Part shown: positions 1-9,619 of the stretch, one piece after another
Numbering within the stretch: the first letter of the stretch is position 1
Layout of the letters: each line of letters opens with the position of its first letter
IMG/VR virus record: IMGVR_UViG_3300028654_000001
Coordinates: 1-64,000 of that record
Length of the DNA: 64,000 nucleotides
Strand: one strand, 5' to 3'
Program-made: the position numbers and the translations under genes
The notes under the pieces: model-generated
The model's database searches: none
What the model saw: only the letters and a program-made list of their open reading frames with translations
Told to the model about the DNA's origin: nothing

Positions 1-330
1 TTCCTTGAGATCCTTGAGTACCTTGAGTTCCAGATCCTACGTTTCCTTGAGCTCCTTGATTACCCTGAGTTCCAGATCCTACGTTCCCTTGAGCTCCTTG
101 ATTACCCTGAGTTCCAGATCCTACGTTCCCTTGAGCTCCTTGAGCTCCTTGAGTTCCAGATCCTACGTTCCCTTGAGCTCCTTGAGTTCCAGATCCTACG
201 TTCCCTTGGTTACCCTGAGTTCCGGATCCTGTTGACCCTTGAAACCCTTGTTTACCTTGAGGGCCTTGAGTACCGCCGCCACCGCCACCGCCACCGCCTT
301 GAAAGCCTTGGAACCCCTGTGTACCGGCAC
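1..330. repeat. Imperfect tandem coding repeats of the collagen-like gene
   Basis: Recurring units TGAGTTCCAGATCCTACGTT and CCTTGAG encode GTQGAQGNVGS on the minus strand. Confidence 0.9.
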
Positions 331-640
331 CACCGGAGGAGGTTGGGTCTAATCCAACCCTCAATTGTTCAAACAGAGTGTTAATTGCTGATGCAACGGT
401 AGAGTAGTTCGGATCAAGTGAGGGTATCATCGGGTTGGTTGAAAACAACCCACCGACTATTGACTGAAGAAGCTCTGCCTCAGCATCTACATTACTACTA
501 GCTGTGCTAATAGCCCCATAGATTATCCCAGCAATGTGTGCTACGTAGCTACTACTAAGGGATCCGGTGCCCCAGTGATCCTGACTACTACTGATACCAG
601 CCACGATAGCATCGTAGAAGTTTGGGTTACTGTGTGGCAT
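1..640 (-). CDS. Collagen-like (Gly-X-Gln) fibre protein, 3' end beyond window
   Basis: Not in ORF track. ATG at 640 after AGAAGGA; translates MPHSNPNFYDAIVAG...GAGTQGFQGFQGGGGGGGGTQGPQGKQGFQG...(GSGTQGAQGNV)n and stays open to position 2. Confidence 0.85.
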   Translation of the reverse strand, partial: MPHSNPNFYDAIVAGISSSQDHWGTGSLSSSYVAHIAGIIYGAISTASSNVDAEAELLQSIVGGLFSTNPMIPSLDPNYSTVASAINTLFEQLRVGLDPTSSGGAGTQGFQGFQGGGGGGGGGTQGPQGKQGFQGSTGSGTQGNQGNVGSGTQGAQGNVGSGTQGAQGAQGNVGSGTQGNQGAQGNVGSGTQGNQGAQGNVGSGTQGTQGSQG

Positions 641-684
641 AGAGGTAGTTCCTTCTCTATGCTGGGTGTTATAGACAGATAACC

Positions 685-873
685 TCAAGCACCCAAGGAT
701 TCTTGCCCCCATTGGATTTGGTGAGAATCCTCAAACTCAGCCGCTGGGTATTCCAAACGAACCCTATCTTTCAGGGTTTCAATGAACGAACCCTTGTATG
801 TGCGTCCATCTCCGCGAATGAGATATTTCACAACTTGAGTTCCCGATACAACCTCGTGACAAGTAAACAACAT
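685..873 (-). CDS. Hypothetical protein
   Basis: ORF with GGTGTA motif 10 nt upstream of ATG. Confidence 0.55.
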   Translation of the reverse strand: MLFTCHEVVSGTQVVKYLIRGDGRTYKGSFIETLKDRVRLEYPAAEFEDSHQIQWGQESLGA

Positions 874-912
874 AGGTTACCTGTACACCCCCAAGGATAA
901 GGAATAACTCGT

Positions 913-1377
913 TTACACAGATTTACGGTTCTGCGCTAGCTGATACCCCCCACGGAACCCAGACCGGGAGATGAGTACCCCACGGTTGACTTTAGAGTTC
1001 ATTACCTTCCGAACTTGATCTCGAAACACTTCCCAGTGTTCACGCCTAATGACACCCACGGATACGGCCTCCTCTGCAAGGGTAGTAGCATTTACCCAAG
1101 GGAATTCTCCTAGTATCGACTTTCTGACCAAGTCGGATACGGTCTTGCGAGCCTTATCCTCCGCCAGTATTCGCACATCTTTGATGGACATCACTGGGGG
1201 CTCAACCACAAGTGGTTTTGCTTTAGTTACGAATTCTTCTGTTGGGCCGGTTAACAGGTGGTGCTTCCGGATCAGGGTCAGGGCATTGACCGCCGCTGTT
1301 CGGGACTCCTCGGTTCCCGTCTGCTTATCCAGAGCCAAGGACATTAAGTCCAATACCTTGTCAATAGGCGATATCAT
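913..1377 (-). CDS. DUF2786-like N-terminal domain protein with possible C-terminal winged helix
   Basis: KVLDLMSLA...EESRTAAVNALTLIRKHHL fits the DUF2786 pattern; ends SRSGFRGGYQLA (wing-like); CGGTGTA upstream. Confidence 0.55.
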   Translation of the reverse strand: MISPIDKVLDLMSLALDKQTGTEESRTAAVNALTLIRKHHLLTGPTEEFVTKAKPLVVEPPVMSIKDVRILAEDKARKTVSDLVRKSILGEFPWVNATTLAEEAVSVGVIRREHWEVFRDQVRKVMNSKVNRGVLISRSGFRGGYQLAQNRKSV

Positions 1378-1427
1378 TACTTAATCTGGTACACCGTGTC
1401 TAGGGGTTTGGTGTAGCTACCCTAGGA

Positions 1428-1622
1428 ATGGATCGTAAGAGATTATTCGACGAGCACAGAAGCCTCGCTGGAAAGTTGGTCGAAGGTGGGTTGACCCCTA
1501 ATGAGGCTCAACGGCTATCCATGGTAAGAGCTGAAATAGATAAGTTACAGGTTGAGGAGATCAGGCAGGGGCAGGGCTCTCTAGGGAAAGAACTTAGAAA
1601 AAACCCTAGGGTGAAACTTTGA
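1428..1622 (+). CDS. Hypothetical protein
   Basis: GGTGTA at 1410-1415, 12 nt before ATG. Confidence 0.55.
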   Translation: MDRKRLFDEHRSLAGKLVEGGLTPNEAQRLSMVRAEIDKLQVEEIRQGQGSLGKELRKNPRVKL

Positions 1623-1672
1623 GTGGTGTACTTGAACAATGCTGCGCAGCCGAGCAGGGGGTACTTGAGTGC

Positions 1673-2569
1673 ATGAACCTAGTATTTGACTTAGAGACCA
1701 GTGACCCGGACGATATATTCGCCCTGGCCCTTCTTGCCACCCATCCCAGATCGAATCTTGTAGCGGCAACCGTGTACCCAGGAGGAAAGGATCAAGTCGG
1801 CTTAGTCAAGCACGTCCTTGATATGCTTGGGAAGGGTTCAATCCCAGTTGGCTCAGGTCAACCTAAAGGAGAGAAGCTAAGGGTATCGAGGTTCCACACC
1901 GAGTGGCTAGGAGACATCCAACCTCGGGAGGCTGATGGTTCCGCGGTAGAGGTCATCAGAAGTGCCCTGACAGCATTCCCAGACGCTCAGCTTGTCACCG
2001 GGGCTGCCCTGAGTAACATCGCCAAGGCAGCCCTAGAGGTCACACCTTACTTCCAATCCTGGACTTGCCAGGGCGGGTTCGCAGGGGACAATATTGTACC
2101 CCCAGAGCATCGACTCGCTAAGTTTTCAGGTAAGGTTACCTGCCCAACTTTCAACTTAGCTGGGGACAGGCGAGCTGCAGGCGAGCTTCTGTGCAAAAAA
2201 CCCCTTCCAATTCCAGTAGTTAGAATGGTTGCCAAGAATGTGTGCCATGGGATGTTCTACTCACGGGACGTCGATTGGCGAGTACCTTCAGGGGCTCACC
2301 CAGGACTGGATTTCATAAAGAAAGGGATGGGCCACTATTTTCAGAAACATCCCGGAGGTAAGGCTCTTCACGACGTTGTAGCGGCCGTAGTCGCTATGAA
2401 TCCTCATATTGGCACCTGGGCCAGGGTTTTGCCTTATTGCGAGAAAAATGGGGAGTGGGGTTGTCACTCCTATGACGAAGTGTCACACACTGATCAAGAC
2501 CCCGAGAAAACCCCGGTCATCCTAACTTCCATTGATAAAAAAGAATTTGAGCGATATCTAGCAATGTGA
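1673..2569 (+). CDS. Inosine/uridine-preferring nucleoside hydrolase-like protein
   Basis: N-terminal VFDLETSDPDDIFAL Asp cluster, TGAALSN, TFNL and LHDVVAA motifs; start moved to ATG 1673. Confidence 0.75.
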   Translation: MNLVFDLETSDPDDIFALALLATHPRSNLVAATVYPGGKDQVGLVKHVLDMLGKGSIPVGSGQPKGEKLRVSRFHTEWLGDIQPREADGSAVEVIRSALTAFPDAQLVTGAALSNIAKAALEVTPYFQSWTCQGGFAGDNIVPPEHRLAKFSGKVTCPTFNLAGDRRAAGELLCKKPLPIPVVRMVAKNVCHGMFYSRDVDWRVPSGAHPGLDFIKKGMGHYFQKHPGGKALHDVVAAVVAMNPHIGTWARVLPYCEKNGEWGCHSYDEVSHTDQDPEKTPVILTSIDKKEFERYLAM

Positions 2570-2639
2570 AATTCAAGTTGACTCTTGTGTAGAAAGTGAT
2601 TAGGTTTAGCTTACTTATGGTTCCAAGTGGAAGTAAACG

Positions 2640-3455
2640 ATGAGAGTTTCCAGAATTCAGTTCGATGATTCTGAGCCCACCGAAAGTATTGTCAGCCGGA
2701 TAGCTTGTGCGTTCGACCCTGGTAACATCTTGAAAGTACGTGGTAATTTCTTCAAGATGTCCCCTCAACGGGTTATGAATCAGACCATTGCGGACAATGT
2801 AGTAGGGGACAATTATACCCTGATCCTGAACCCAGGTGAGCCTATCCCTGAAGGTCTGGTGAAGGCACCACCACCTCCCCCTCCGGTGGTACAGGATCCA
2901 GAACCTGATGAGGAAGCCGACTGGGATGACGAAGAGCCCGTTGAAGCTGTAGAGGACCCAAATCCGATCATTCAGGAGCCAATCACGGTTCTAGCAGACC
3001 CAGAACCCCTAGCTGTTCCTGAAAGCCCCCAGGGAGATCTTCCTGAATCTTCTGTCTCGGCCCAAGTTAGTATCGATTTCGGCCGCCTTGCCGCATTACC
3101 CCCTGACTTACCCAGTCAGGATCTTGCAGAAGCTGAACCTACTGCAGAGGTACCCGACTCGGTACCGCCACCACCCACTTCCGAAGTGTTCATATCGAAA
3201 CCTTCTCCGTCAATTGACGGGAAACCACTCACCGTTGACGACTCGGATACGCCAACCTCAAAGAGTGGGGAGTACAGGATCGAGATCCCTAGGTCAAGGG
3301 TTAGTGTAGAACCAGGACAAATCTGGCAGAGTAAGGATACTCGAAGAAAAACCCCACCATTTGTTGTAAAGAGTGTAGACAGTGAGTTTGTCTATCAAGA
3401 CAATGGTAGGAAGATTTCCATCGACAGAATGTTTCGTTACAATAGAGTAAGCTGA
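2640..3455 (+). CDS. Pro/Glu-rich protein with small C-terminal SH3/KOW-like beta domain
   Basis: Long acidic Pro-rich linker followed by VEPGQIWQSKDTRR...FVVKSV. Confidence 0.6.
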   Translation: MRVSRIQFDDSEPTESIVSRIACAFDPGNILKVRGNFFKMSPQRVMNQTIADNVVGDNYTLILNPGEPIPEGLVKAPPPPPPVVQDPEPDEEADWDDEEPVEAVEDPNPIIQEPITVLADPEPLAVPESPQGDLPESSVSAQVSIDFGRLAALPPDLPSQDLAEAEPTAEVPDSVPPPPTSEVFISKPSPSIDGKPLTVDDSDTPTSKSGEYRIEIPRSRVSVEPGQIWQSKDTRRKTPPFVVKSVDSEFVYQDNGRKISIDRMFRYNRVS

Positions 3456-3483
3456 CACTAAGCTACTTATAGATCGATCAGAG

Positions 3484-4545
3484 GTGATCGATCCCCTCAT
3501 CCTTCGAGTCGCTGGCCGTTACCGGACAGCTCAAGACGATGACTTTTGGGATAAGGCCGTTGAAGATCTGGCTAGGTTCAACAGCAATTATGCCAAAGTC
3601 CAACGAAAACCGGAGGACACTAAGACCCTACGAAGTACTCTCGTTGGAATAGACAAGTCTATCGGATTCCAAGTCTGGGCTAAGAAGTGCTTGGATTCTA
3701 GGGTATACGACTCAGTGCTTGCAATACTGAGAAGGGTTGTAGCTGCAGTAAAAAGCAAGGTAACCACTGAACCAGAGATGTTAGGTCTCATCAACGAGTT
3801 CAAGGATATAGCTCAAAAAGCGCTATCCACCGCAGCTCCGGGATCCTTTGAGTACAGTGGTTTCAAGGTTCTCAATTCCCAACATATCGATGAGGGTAAG
3901 TGTCTTAGAACACTTGAGGGTATTGATTACCTGAAGGCGCTGTTCAAGAAGCGTTTGGTTGAAGACATCTTGGATCAGAGTCTGTCCAAAGTCATCTTGG
4001 TCTTGGATGCGGGATCCACAGCTTTCCTTCACAGTGGTACTAGAGAACTGACACTATCTGTTGACCAACTGTCTACCGGAAAGAGTGGTAGGTTCATCAA
4101 GTGGGTGAATGAGACACTTCTCCACGAACTTGGGCACTACATCCATAGAAACTACCTCTCGGATGATGCTAGAAGATCTTGGGATACTCCCTGGGATGAT
4201 CAGGGTCTTGAATCTCTTGCCAACCCAAACTATCGAGCTCCAGGTGACAGAGATGAGAAGCTCAAGGATCTCGACATTGTCACCGAATACGGCAAGGTTG
4301 ACAAGTACGAGGACTTTGCTGAAACCTTCCTAGTCTTCATGGTGGCCCCGGAGAAGTTGACTCCAACAGCCAAGTTCAGGATGCAACGAGCCCTGTCTCT
4401 CTCGGGTCTCTACGGTAAACCAGTGATGAGACTTGCGGGAGAAGATCCTATTGTTCGAGCAGTAGTCACTCGCTACTCACTCTCCATCCCTAGCATCATG
4501 TCGAAGGCAGATTCCCCTCCTCTGCGAGATTCCTCTCGCTTGTAA
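3484..4545 (+). CDS. Zincin (HExxH) metallopeptidase-like protein with N-terminal RVAGRY tag
   Basis: LLHELGHYIH plus downstream EYGKVDKYEDFAETF; paralogous to 22318..23595. Confidence 0.75.
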   Translation: MIDPLILRVAGRYRTAQDDDFWDKAVEDLARFNSNYAKVQRKPEDTKTLRSTLVGIDKSIGFQVWAKKCLDSRVYDSVLAILRRVVAAVKSKVTTEPEMLGLINEFKDIAQKALSTAAPGSFEYSGFKVLNSQHIDEGKCLRTLEGIDYLKALFKKRLVEDILDQSLSKVILVLDAGSTAFLHSGTRELTLSVDQLSTGKSGRFIKWVNETLLHELGHYIHRNYLSDDARRSWDTPWDDQGLESLANPNYRAPGDRDEKLKDLDIVTEYGKVDKYEDFAETFLVFMVAPEKLTPTAKFRMQRALSLSGLYGKPVMRLAGEDPIVRAVVTRYSLSIPSIMSKADSPPLRDSSRL

Positions 4546-5765
4546 GCATTCTCAACCCGATTCTGCAAGATGGATAGGGACTCAGGATCATTCTCAATCC
4601 CAATGCAATCGAAGTCCTCTTCTACGGCAGCTACGAGGGTTGTTCCGGAGCCGGCGAATGGATCGATCAACACACCACCAGACGGGGTCACAAGCTTCAC
4701 GAAGTAGCGCATGAGCTTCAAGGATTTTACGGTTGGGTGCTCATTGACGAGACCGTCATCGAGACCGTCATTCTTCTCTTTCGTGGAGGGTTTAGATTGG
4801 TAGAGAAATGAATCTTCATAGTCTGGTTCGAAGACTTTGAAGAACCTAGAAGCCCCTGGTTCTTGTCTCTCTAGGATCCCTATAGGGCACCTTGGGGCGC
4901 ACTCGTAGATGGGGAGATTCTCGTTCCCATAGACATGGGCATTTGGTTTCCCATCTCCAGCATCAGAGCCAGTGTTGTAAAAACCTCCTGGACGTTTCCC
5001 TCCTGGGTTCCCACGCTGGTCTCCCTTGATCACCTTGAAACCAACTCTCTTGCAACACAAGTTGTGGGAAAGAACAATGTTTGCAGGCCATCTTCCTAAT
5101 GGATGGCACTCAATCCCAGTACCTGGAGGGGCAGCCACTTTAGCCGCTTCGGGCTTAGCCGTATGCCCACTTTTCTTCCAGGACTCTGGTCTGTCCGGCT
5201 CATCCCAATCTGTGTAGACTCTGGCTGAATCAATATTGAGCGCCCCAGTACCGTACTTGAGGAGATTTTCGATCACTCTCCCACTGATTGGCTTTCGAAT
5301 AAGCCACCAGTCCTCTACCGCCGGCTTTAGTCCGGTATGGTGACCTGACCACCTCTCAGCTTCTTCAGGGAAACCTTCCGCTAAGAGGGCCTTTCTGATA
5401 TCCAGTCCCTTCTTGTAACCTTGCGAAAACACGTGAGTTACGCGATCACGTATCTCGAATCCGGATCTTTCAAGGGCCATTCCTGTATGATGACTCGTAC
5501 GGGGAAGCGCCCAGACCAATCCAAAAGCCCCGGGCTTGAGGATTCGGTAGACCTCGACGAACACCTCTACAAGGAAGTTCTGGAAGGCCATGAGTTCAGC
5601 ACGCTCAGCGGCTAACTCATCCTCAGTATCTGGTTTGAAGTGATCCCACTTTCGGCCCATCATCCGAATCCCACTTGGTGGATCAGTAACCAATGAGTCG
5701 ACAGAGGATTCTTGGATTGACTTGAGAACCTCCCGACAATCCCCAGGGATGATCTCGAACTTCAT
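4473..5765 (-). CDS. DNA N6A/N4C methyltransferase, beta class
   Basis: GDCREVL, VTDPPS (motif IV variant), HPTVKS and DPFAGSGTT (motif I). Confidence 0.9.
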   Translation of the reverse strand: MKFEIIPGDCREVLKSIQESSVDSLVTDPPSGIRMMGRKWDHFKPDTEDELAAERAELMAFQNFLVEVFVEVYRILKPGAFGLVWALPRTSHHTGMALERSGFEIRDRVTHVFSQGYKKGLDIRKALLAEGFPEEAERWSGHHTGLKPAVEDWWLIRKPISGRVIENLLKYGTGALNIDSARVYTDWDEPDRPESWKKSGHTAKPEAAKVAAPPGTGIECHPLGRWPANIVLSHNLCCKRVGFKVIKGDQRGNPGGKRPGGFYNTGSDAGDGKPNAHVYGNENLPIYECAPRCPIGILERQEPGASRFFKVFEPDYEDSFLYQSKPSTKEKNDGLDDGLVNEHPTVKSLKLMRYFVKLVTPSGGVLIDPFAGSGTTLVAAVEEDFDCIGIENDPESLSILQNRVENAYKREESRRGGESAFDMMLGMESE

Positions 5766-6022
5766 CAGCCTGCCCGAGGGGGGAGACTCGAGTTCCTCCC
5801 AGTTGGCTCATATTGGGCCAGCAATTCCGGTATTGTGAGTCTCAAGGTATCCCCGAGCCCTATCCTGAGAACCCTCACAATAGTATCCTCTTCTCCATCT
5901 CCATCTTCGATGGACTTCACCCAGTAACCTTTACCTTGGTTTGAGTTTGGTGACCGATCTCTAAGATAGATCCCAGCACGAAGCCAGTTAGGATAGGTGT
6001 AAACTATTGGATCTTCAGACAT
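5765..6022 (-). CDS. Hypothetical protein
   Basis: Coupled to the MTase start; CGGTGTA 13 nt upstream. Confidence 0.65.
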   Translation of the reverse strand: MSEDPIVYTYPNWLRAGIYLRDRSPNSNQGKGYWVKSIEDGDGEEDTIVRVLRIGLGDTLRLTIPELLAQYEPTGRNSSLPPRAG

Positions 6023-6035
6023 ATTGTCACTCTAC

Positions 6036-6061
6036 TACACCGGATACCTAACCCCGGTGTA
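6036..6061. promoter_or_regulatory. Back-to-back CGGTGTA promoter-like elements
   Basis: TACACCG at 6036-6042 and CGGTGTA at 6055-6061 between divergent genes; same arrangement at 1390-1415 and 32619-32645. Confidence 0.65.
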
Positions 6062-6120
6062 GTATAATATGAACTTTTTTGTTGAGATCCAGGTCCCTCA
6101 AACGTAGTAAAGAGAAAGCT

Positions 6121-7338
6121 ATGACGTTTCTGTTATTTCTCATATGTCCGCTAGTAGTAGCTGTAGGGGGTTTTCTACTCTTCAAGGAAATTACATGGAA
6201 GGAGATGGGGCTTCTCGTCTTGGCCGAACTCATCGTAGCAGGAGTTTCAGTGGCCATAGTGTACAACCTGAATACGTCGGATGATGAGGTATGGAACGGT
6301 TGGGTCACCAACAAAAAGCAGGAGTGGACTTCTTGCTCTCACTCCTACTCATGCAACTGCCACCAAGTAGAAACCTGTTCTGGATCTGGAAAGAACAAAA
6401 CCTGCTCTTCTTCGGAACACTGTGATACCTGCTACGAACACAGCAACGATTGGAACTGGGTTATTTACACGTCGAACAAGGAGTCGATCGACATAGACCG
6501 AGTTGACCGACAAGGTGTTAGTACCCCTCCTCGATGGGCCTCAATTAGAATTGGGGACCCTACTGCTCAGATCCACAGCTACACGAGCTACATCAAGGCC
6601 GCCCCTGATACTCTATTCAGGCACCAAGGTATTACCGAAAAGTATGCCAACAAGATTCCAAAGTACCCGGGGAGAGTCTACGACTACTACCACATCAATC
6701 GATTGGTCACGCAGGGACTCTCAGCTACAGATCCTCAAACTTGGAACGAAGGGCTCGAGAAGATCAACTCTGATCTAGGAGCAAAGAAGCAAGCGAACAT
6801 GATCGTGGTCCTAACCACCGAAGCTGATTCCTGGTACTACGCCTTGGAACAATCTTGGGTCGGCGGAAAGAAGAACGACGTTATCCTGGTCATCGGCATG
6901 GATGCCACCACAGGCAAAACCCAATGGGCTCAGGTCATGTGCTGGACAACAGCAAAGATCTTCGAGATCAAGCTCCGGGATGCCGTGATGGATCTTCCAT
7001 CAATCACCCCCGAAGCCACTCTCCGAGTTATGCACGACAATGTGGATCAGTTCTTCAAGCGCAAGCCCATGAAGGACTTCGAGTATCTGCAGGCGAGCAT
7101 TACACCTTCAGGAACCGAGTATACCATCTCCATACTCATCAGCCTCATCATTGCTGGACTTCTCATCTGGCTCTTCGAGGTGAGGGATATCTTCGGAGAT
7201 GAAGGAACTGCTAGTGCATTTGGTAGATCCTCTAAGAACCGGTGGGATGTCCCTCCTTGGTCTGATACCAATGATACCGGTGGTTTCAAGGTCCTATCAT
7301 CGAGAAACCAAACTAACCATTTCAAACATCACTTTTAG
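6121..7338 (+). CDS. Membrane protein with Cys-rich extracytoplasmic domain
   Basis: Two N-terminal TM segments, CSHSYSCNC...CDTCYEH, and a C-terminal TM segment; lies upstream of a LemA-like gene. Confidence 0.75.
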   Translation: MTFLLFLICPLVVAVGGFLLFKEITWKEMGLLVLAELIVAGVSVAIVYNLNTSDDEVWNGWVTNKKQEWTSCSHSYSCNCHQVETCSGSGKNKTCSSSEHCDTCYEHSNDWNWVIYTSNKESIDIDRVDRQGVSTPPRWASIRIGDPTAQIHSYTSYIKAAPDTLFRHQGITEKYANKIPKYPGRVYDYYHINRLVTQGLSATDPQTWNEGLEKINSDLGAKKQANMIVVLTTEADSWYYALEQSWVGGKKNDVILVIGMDATTGKTQWAQVMCWTTAKIFEIKLRDAVMDLPSITPEATLRVMHDNVDQFFKRKPMKDFEYLQASITPSGTEYTISILISLIIAGLLIWLFEVRDIFGDEGTASAFGRSSKNRWDVPPWSDTNDTGGFKVLSSRNQTNHFKHHF

Positions 7339-7377
7339 ACAACTACTACAACAACAAAGGAGTGCAATAGCACCAAC

Positions 7378-7938
7378 ATGAGCACCGCCGTCAAAATCAT
7401 CCTAGCCTGTGTAGGAGCCTTGTTCTTAGTTACCCTCATCAGCATCTTCTCTATCATTGGAATCCACAACGATTGCGTGCATCAGGAGAGCGGACTAAAA
7501 GCTCAGTACTCTCAAGACCAAAATAATTACAGCTCGTACTTCGACAAGATCAAGGAGATGGCCCAAGTTCCTGATATGGCCGCTGACAAGCTGAAGGAAC
7601 TCTATGACGGTGCTATGAAGGGCCGCTACGGGGCTGATGGCTCCAAGGCTATGTTCCAGTTCATTCACGAGCAGAACCCTAACTTCGATCAGTCGATGTA
7701 TACCAAGCTGCAGCAAGCCATCGAAGCGGGCCGTAACTCATTTGAAGCTGATCAGAAGACTCTCCTCGACAAGAAACGCGTCTACGAGAACGTCTTGGGG
7801 TCATTCCCCGGTAGCTTCTTCGCCGGCATGATGGGATTCCCGAAGCTTGACCTAGCAAAGATCGATATTGTTATCAACGACGCTACTGCCGAAGCTTTCA
7901 GAACTAAGCGAGCAGGCCCGATCAATCTGAAGAACTAA
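7378..7938 (+). CDS. LemA-like membrane-anchored helical protein
   Basis: AAGGAG SD; N-terminal TM; helical body ending YENVLGSFPGSFFAGMMGF, like the LemA C-terminal motif. Confidence 0.6.
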   Translation: MSTAVKIILACVGALFLVTLISIFSIIGIHNDCVHQESGLKAQYSQDQNNYSSYFDKIKEMAQVPDMAADKLKELYDGAMKGRYGADGSKAMFQFIHEQNPNFDQSMYTKLQQAIEAGRNSFEADQKTLLDKKRVYENVLGSFPGSFFAGMMGFPKLDLAKIDIVINDATAEAFRTKRAGPINLKN

Positions 7939-7956
7939 GCCCCGTTTGAGCCACTA

Positions 7957-7992
7957 AAGAAGGCCACTCGCTGAAAGGCTGGTGGCCTTCTT
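7957..7992. terminator. Hairpin between convergent genes
   Basis: AAGAAGGCCAC / GTGGCCTTCTT 11-bp inverted repeat. Confidence 0.65.
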
Positions 7993-8144
7993 GGTTACAG
8001 CTCTGGGATCTCGTACACGAAGGTGTTGTTCCCCTTCACCGTGATCTTGAGTGAATAGAGATCGATGATCAAGATCCTAGAAGCGTCGGGTCACTTTACT
8101 TTGAAGGCCACCAACAGATGCATACATAAGTACACTACTGATTA

Positions 8145-8975
8145 TCAAGTAGCGACTCTAACGTCTGCCACGTAAATATCGTCAGCAACTGCTACAAATT
8201 CTTCTGTTGCTAACCAGAATCCTTGATCTCCCCATCTAGTAGTCCAACTATTAGGACCACCGAAGATAGTGCTACCATTTGAGAGGGTATCATACGAGGT
8301 TATGTAAATATAGTGACCACCCAGCAGATTATTTGGATCTGGGGCTCCGAGAGGATTCTTACCATCCCAATTCTCGAAGGCACTATCAACTTGAATAGCA
8401 ATGGCGATGGGAAACCCATTTGCCAGAGCCGTCTTCATGGCAGCAATCCTAGATGTCCCTACACTATCAATGCGGAACGCTCCTGTCAGGATGAGCTCAG
8501 AGGCGCTTTCAACAAGCCCTAGCTTAGGTTCATCATTGGCAGTCGAGTTGCTTGTAGGACGATCCTCGTAAGCTGCAACACCCCATTTGGCGATACCAGT
8601 CCAAGCATCTGAAGGCATCGAACCAGTGTCCTCCAGAGGAGGGAGAGATTGGTTGGGGATCCCCATATTGACCCGAGCACGCTCGATACAGCGAGCTACG
8701 TCGTAGATCCACACAGGAGATCGATGAGAGATTGGGGTACCTGCGATGACTAGCCGAGTCTCACAAGCCCCACCGGCCGAATGGCCAACACAAGAACCTA
8801 CTTGTCCCTGATCCATAATCCCAGGTCCTGCCAAGACTTGCTCTCGGTAGTCCACAGCACTTGGGATAGTCACAAGCTTGAACTTGTGGGATAGCCCTTT
8901 GATGTCTGGCATTCCGTGGTCAGCACGGTCTTTTTTGTATCCGTAATTTGCAAACCCACCAAATTGTCGAGCCAT
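8145..8975 (-). CDS. Papain-like (C1A) cysteine peptidase
   Basis: DQGQVGSCVGH (Gln and catalytic Cys), GGHYI (His), NSWTTRWGDQG (Asn); start moved to ATG 8975 after GGGAGA. Confidence 0.9.
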   Translation of the reverse strand: MARQFGGFANYGYKKDRADHGMPDIKGLSHKFKLVTIPSAVDYREQVLAGPGIMDQGQVGSCVGHSAGGACETRLVIAGTPISHRSPVWIYDVARCIERARVNMGIPNQSLPPLEDTGSMPSDAWTGIAKWGVAAYEDRPTSNSTANDEPKLGLVESASELILTGAFRIDSVGTSRIAAMKTALANGFPIAIAIQVDSAFENWDGKNPLGAPDPNNLLGGHYIYITSYDTLSNGSTIFGGPNSWTTRWGDQGFWLATEEFVAVADDIYVADVRVAT

Positions 8976-8985
8976 AGCTATCTCC

Positions 8986-9312
8986 CTAATTACAAGTAGC
9001 CCCACATTTGTCGGCCGCTTTTTTGGTAGATGCACCTAAGACACAATTGACCGGGAGCCTAATTAGATTTGACTGAATGACTTCCTTGCAAGTCTCCAGA
9101 CACTTCGGATCCGGAGCACAGGGGATACCTGCTAGGTGGTCACAATACTTGATGCAGGTGTCGGCACCGGCATCAATATCAGGAAGAGGAGGGGGACCAG
9201 CATCAACAACCACTAATGGAACTGGAGGGGTAACCGGGGTTGGCTTATTGCAGCTACCCCCAGTGAGAAGTGTGAAGGTGAACGCTACGAGTATGGATTT
9301 GATGATCTTCAT
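8986..9312 (-). CDS. Cys-rich lipoprotein
   Basis: MKIIKSILVAFTFTLLTGGSC signal with lipobox-like Cys, Pro/DAG linker, 8-Cys C-terminal domain. Confidence 0.7.
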   Translation of the reverse strand: MKIIKSILVAFTFTLLTGGSCNKPTPVTPPVPLVVVDAGPPPLPDIDAGADTCIKYCDHLAGIPCAPDPKCLETCKEVIQSNLIRLPVNCVLGASTKKAADKCGATCN

Positions 9313-9345
9313 GGGGCCACTGCTAATGACCAATAAGGAGATCCG

Positions 9346-9567
9346 TCAGAGCTCCCAGTCTTCAGCTAATAAGTCCTCATCGTTTGGGATCCAACGAAAA
9401 CCATCTTCCGCCCCACCTGACTTTAGTATAAACATCGTTGGAATACTGAGATCTGGTTTGGATACTCGAAAACCAGATTGCTCAACAAGCTTCAGCTTGT
9501 AACTCCAAAAAGGACGCTTAATAGATTTCCCAAGCTTCAACAACTTGAGAGCATTTCCAAAGTCCAT
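9346..9567 (-). CDS. DUF2829-family protein
   Basis: MDFGNALKLLKLGKSIKRPFW...WIPNDEDLLAEDWE. Confidence 0.8.
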   Translation of the reverse strand: MDFGNALKLLKLGKSIKRPFWSYKLKLVEQSGFRVSKPDLSIPTMFILKSGGAEDGFRWIPNDEDLLAEDWEL

Positions 9568-9619
9568 ACCCGAGGGGGACCACAAGTAGTAATTCCATTA
9601 TGACTCCTTTATTGTAGGT

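Noticed and set aside
5-235. Ser/Leu-repeat ORF on the plus strand; possible CRISPR-like repeats
   Set aside because: It is the antisense shadow of the collagen-like gene. The units are multiples of codons, have no unique spacers and have no cas genes nearby.
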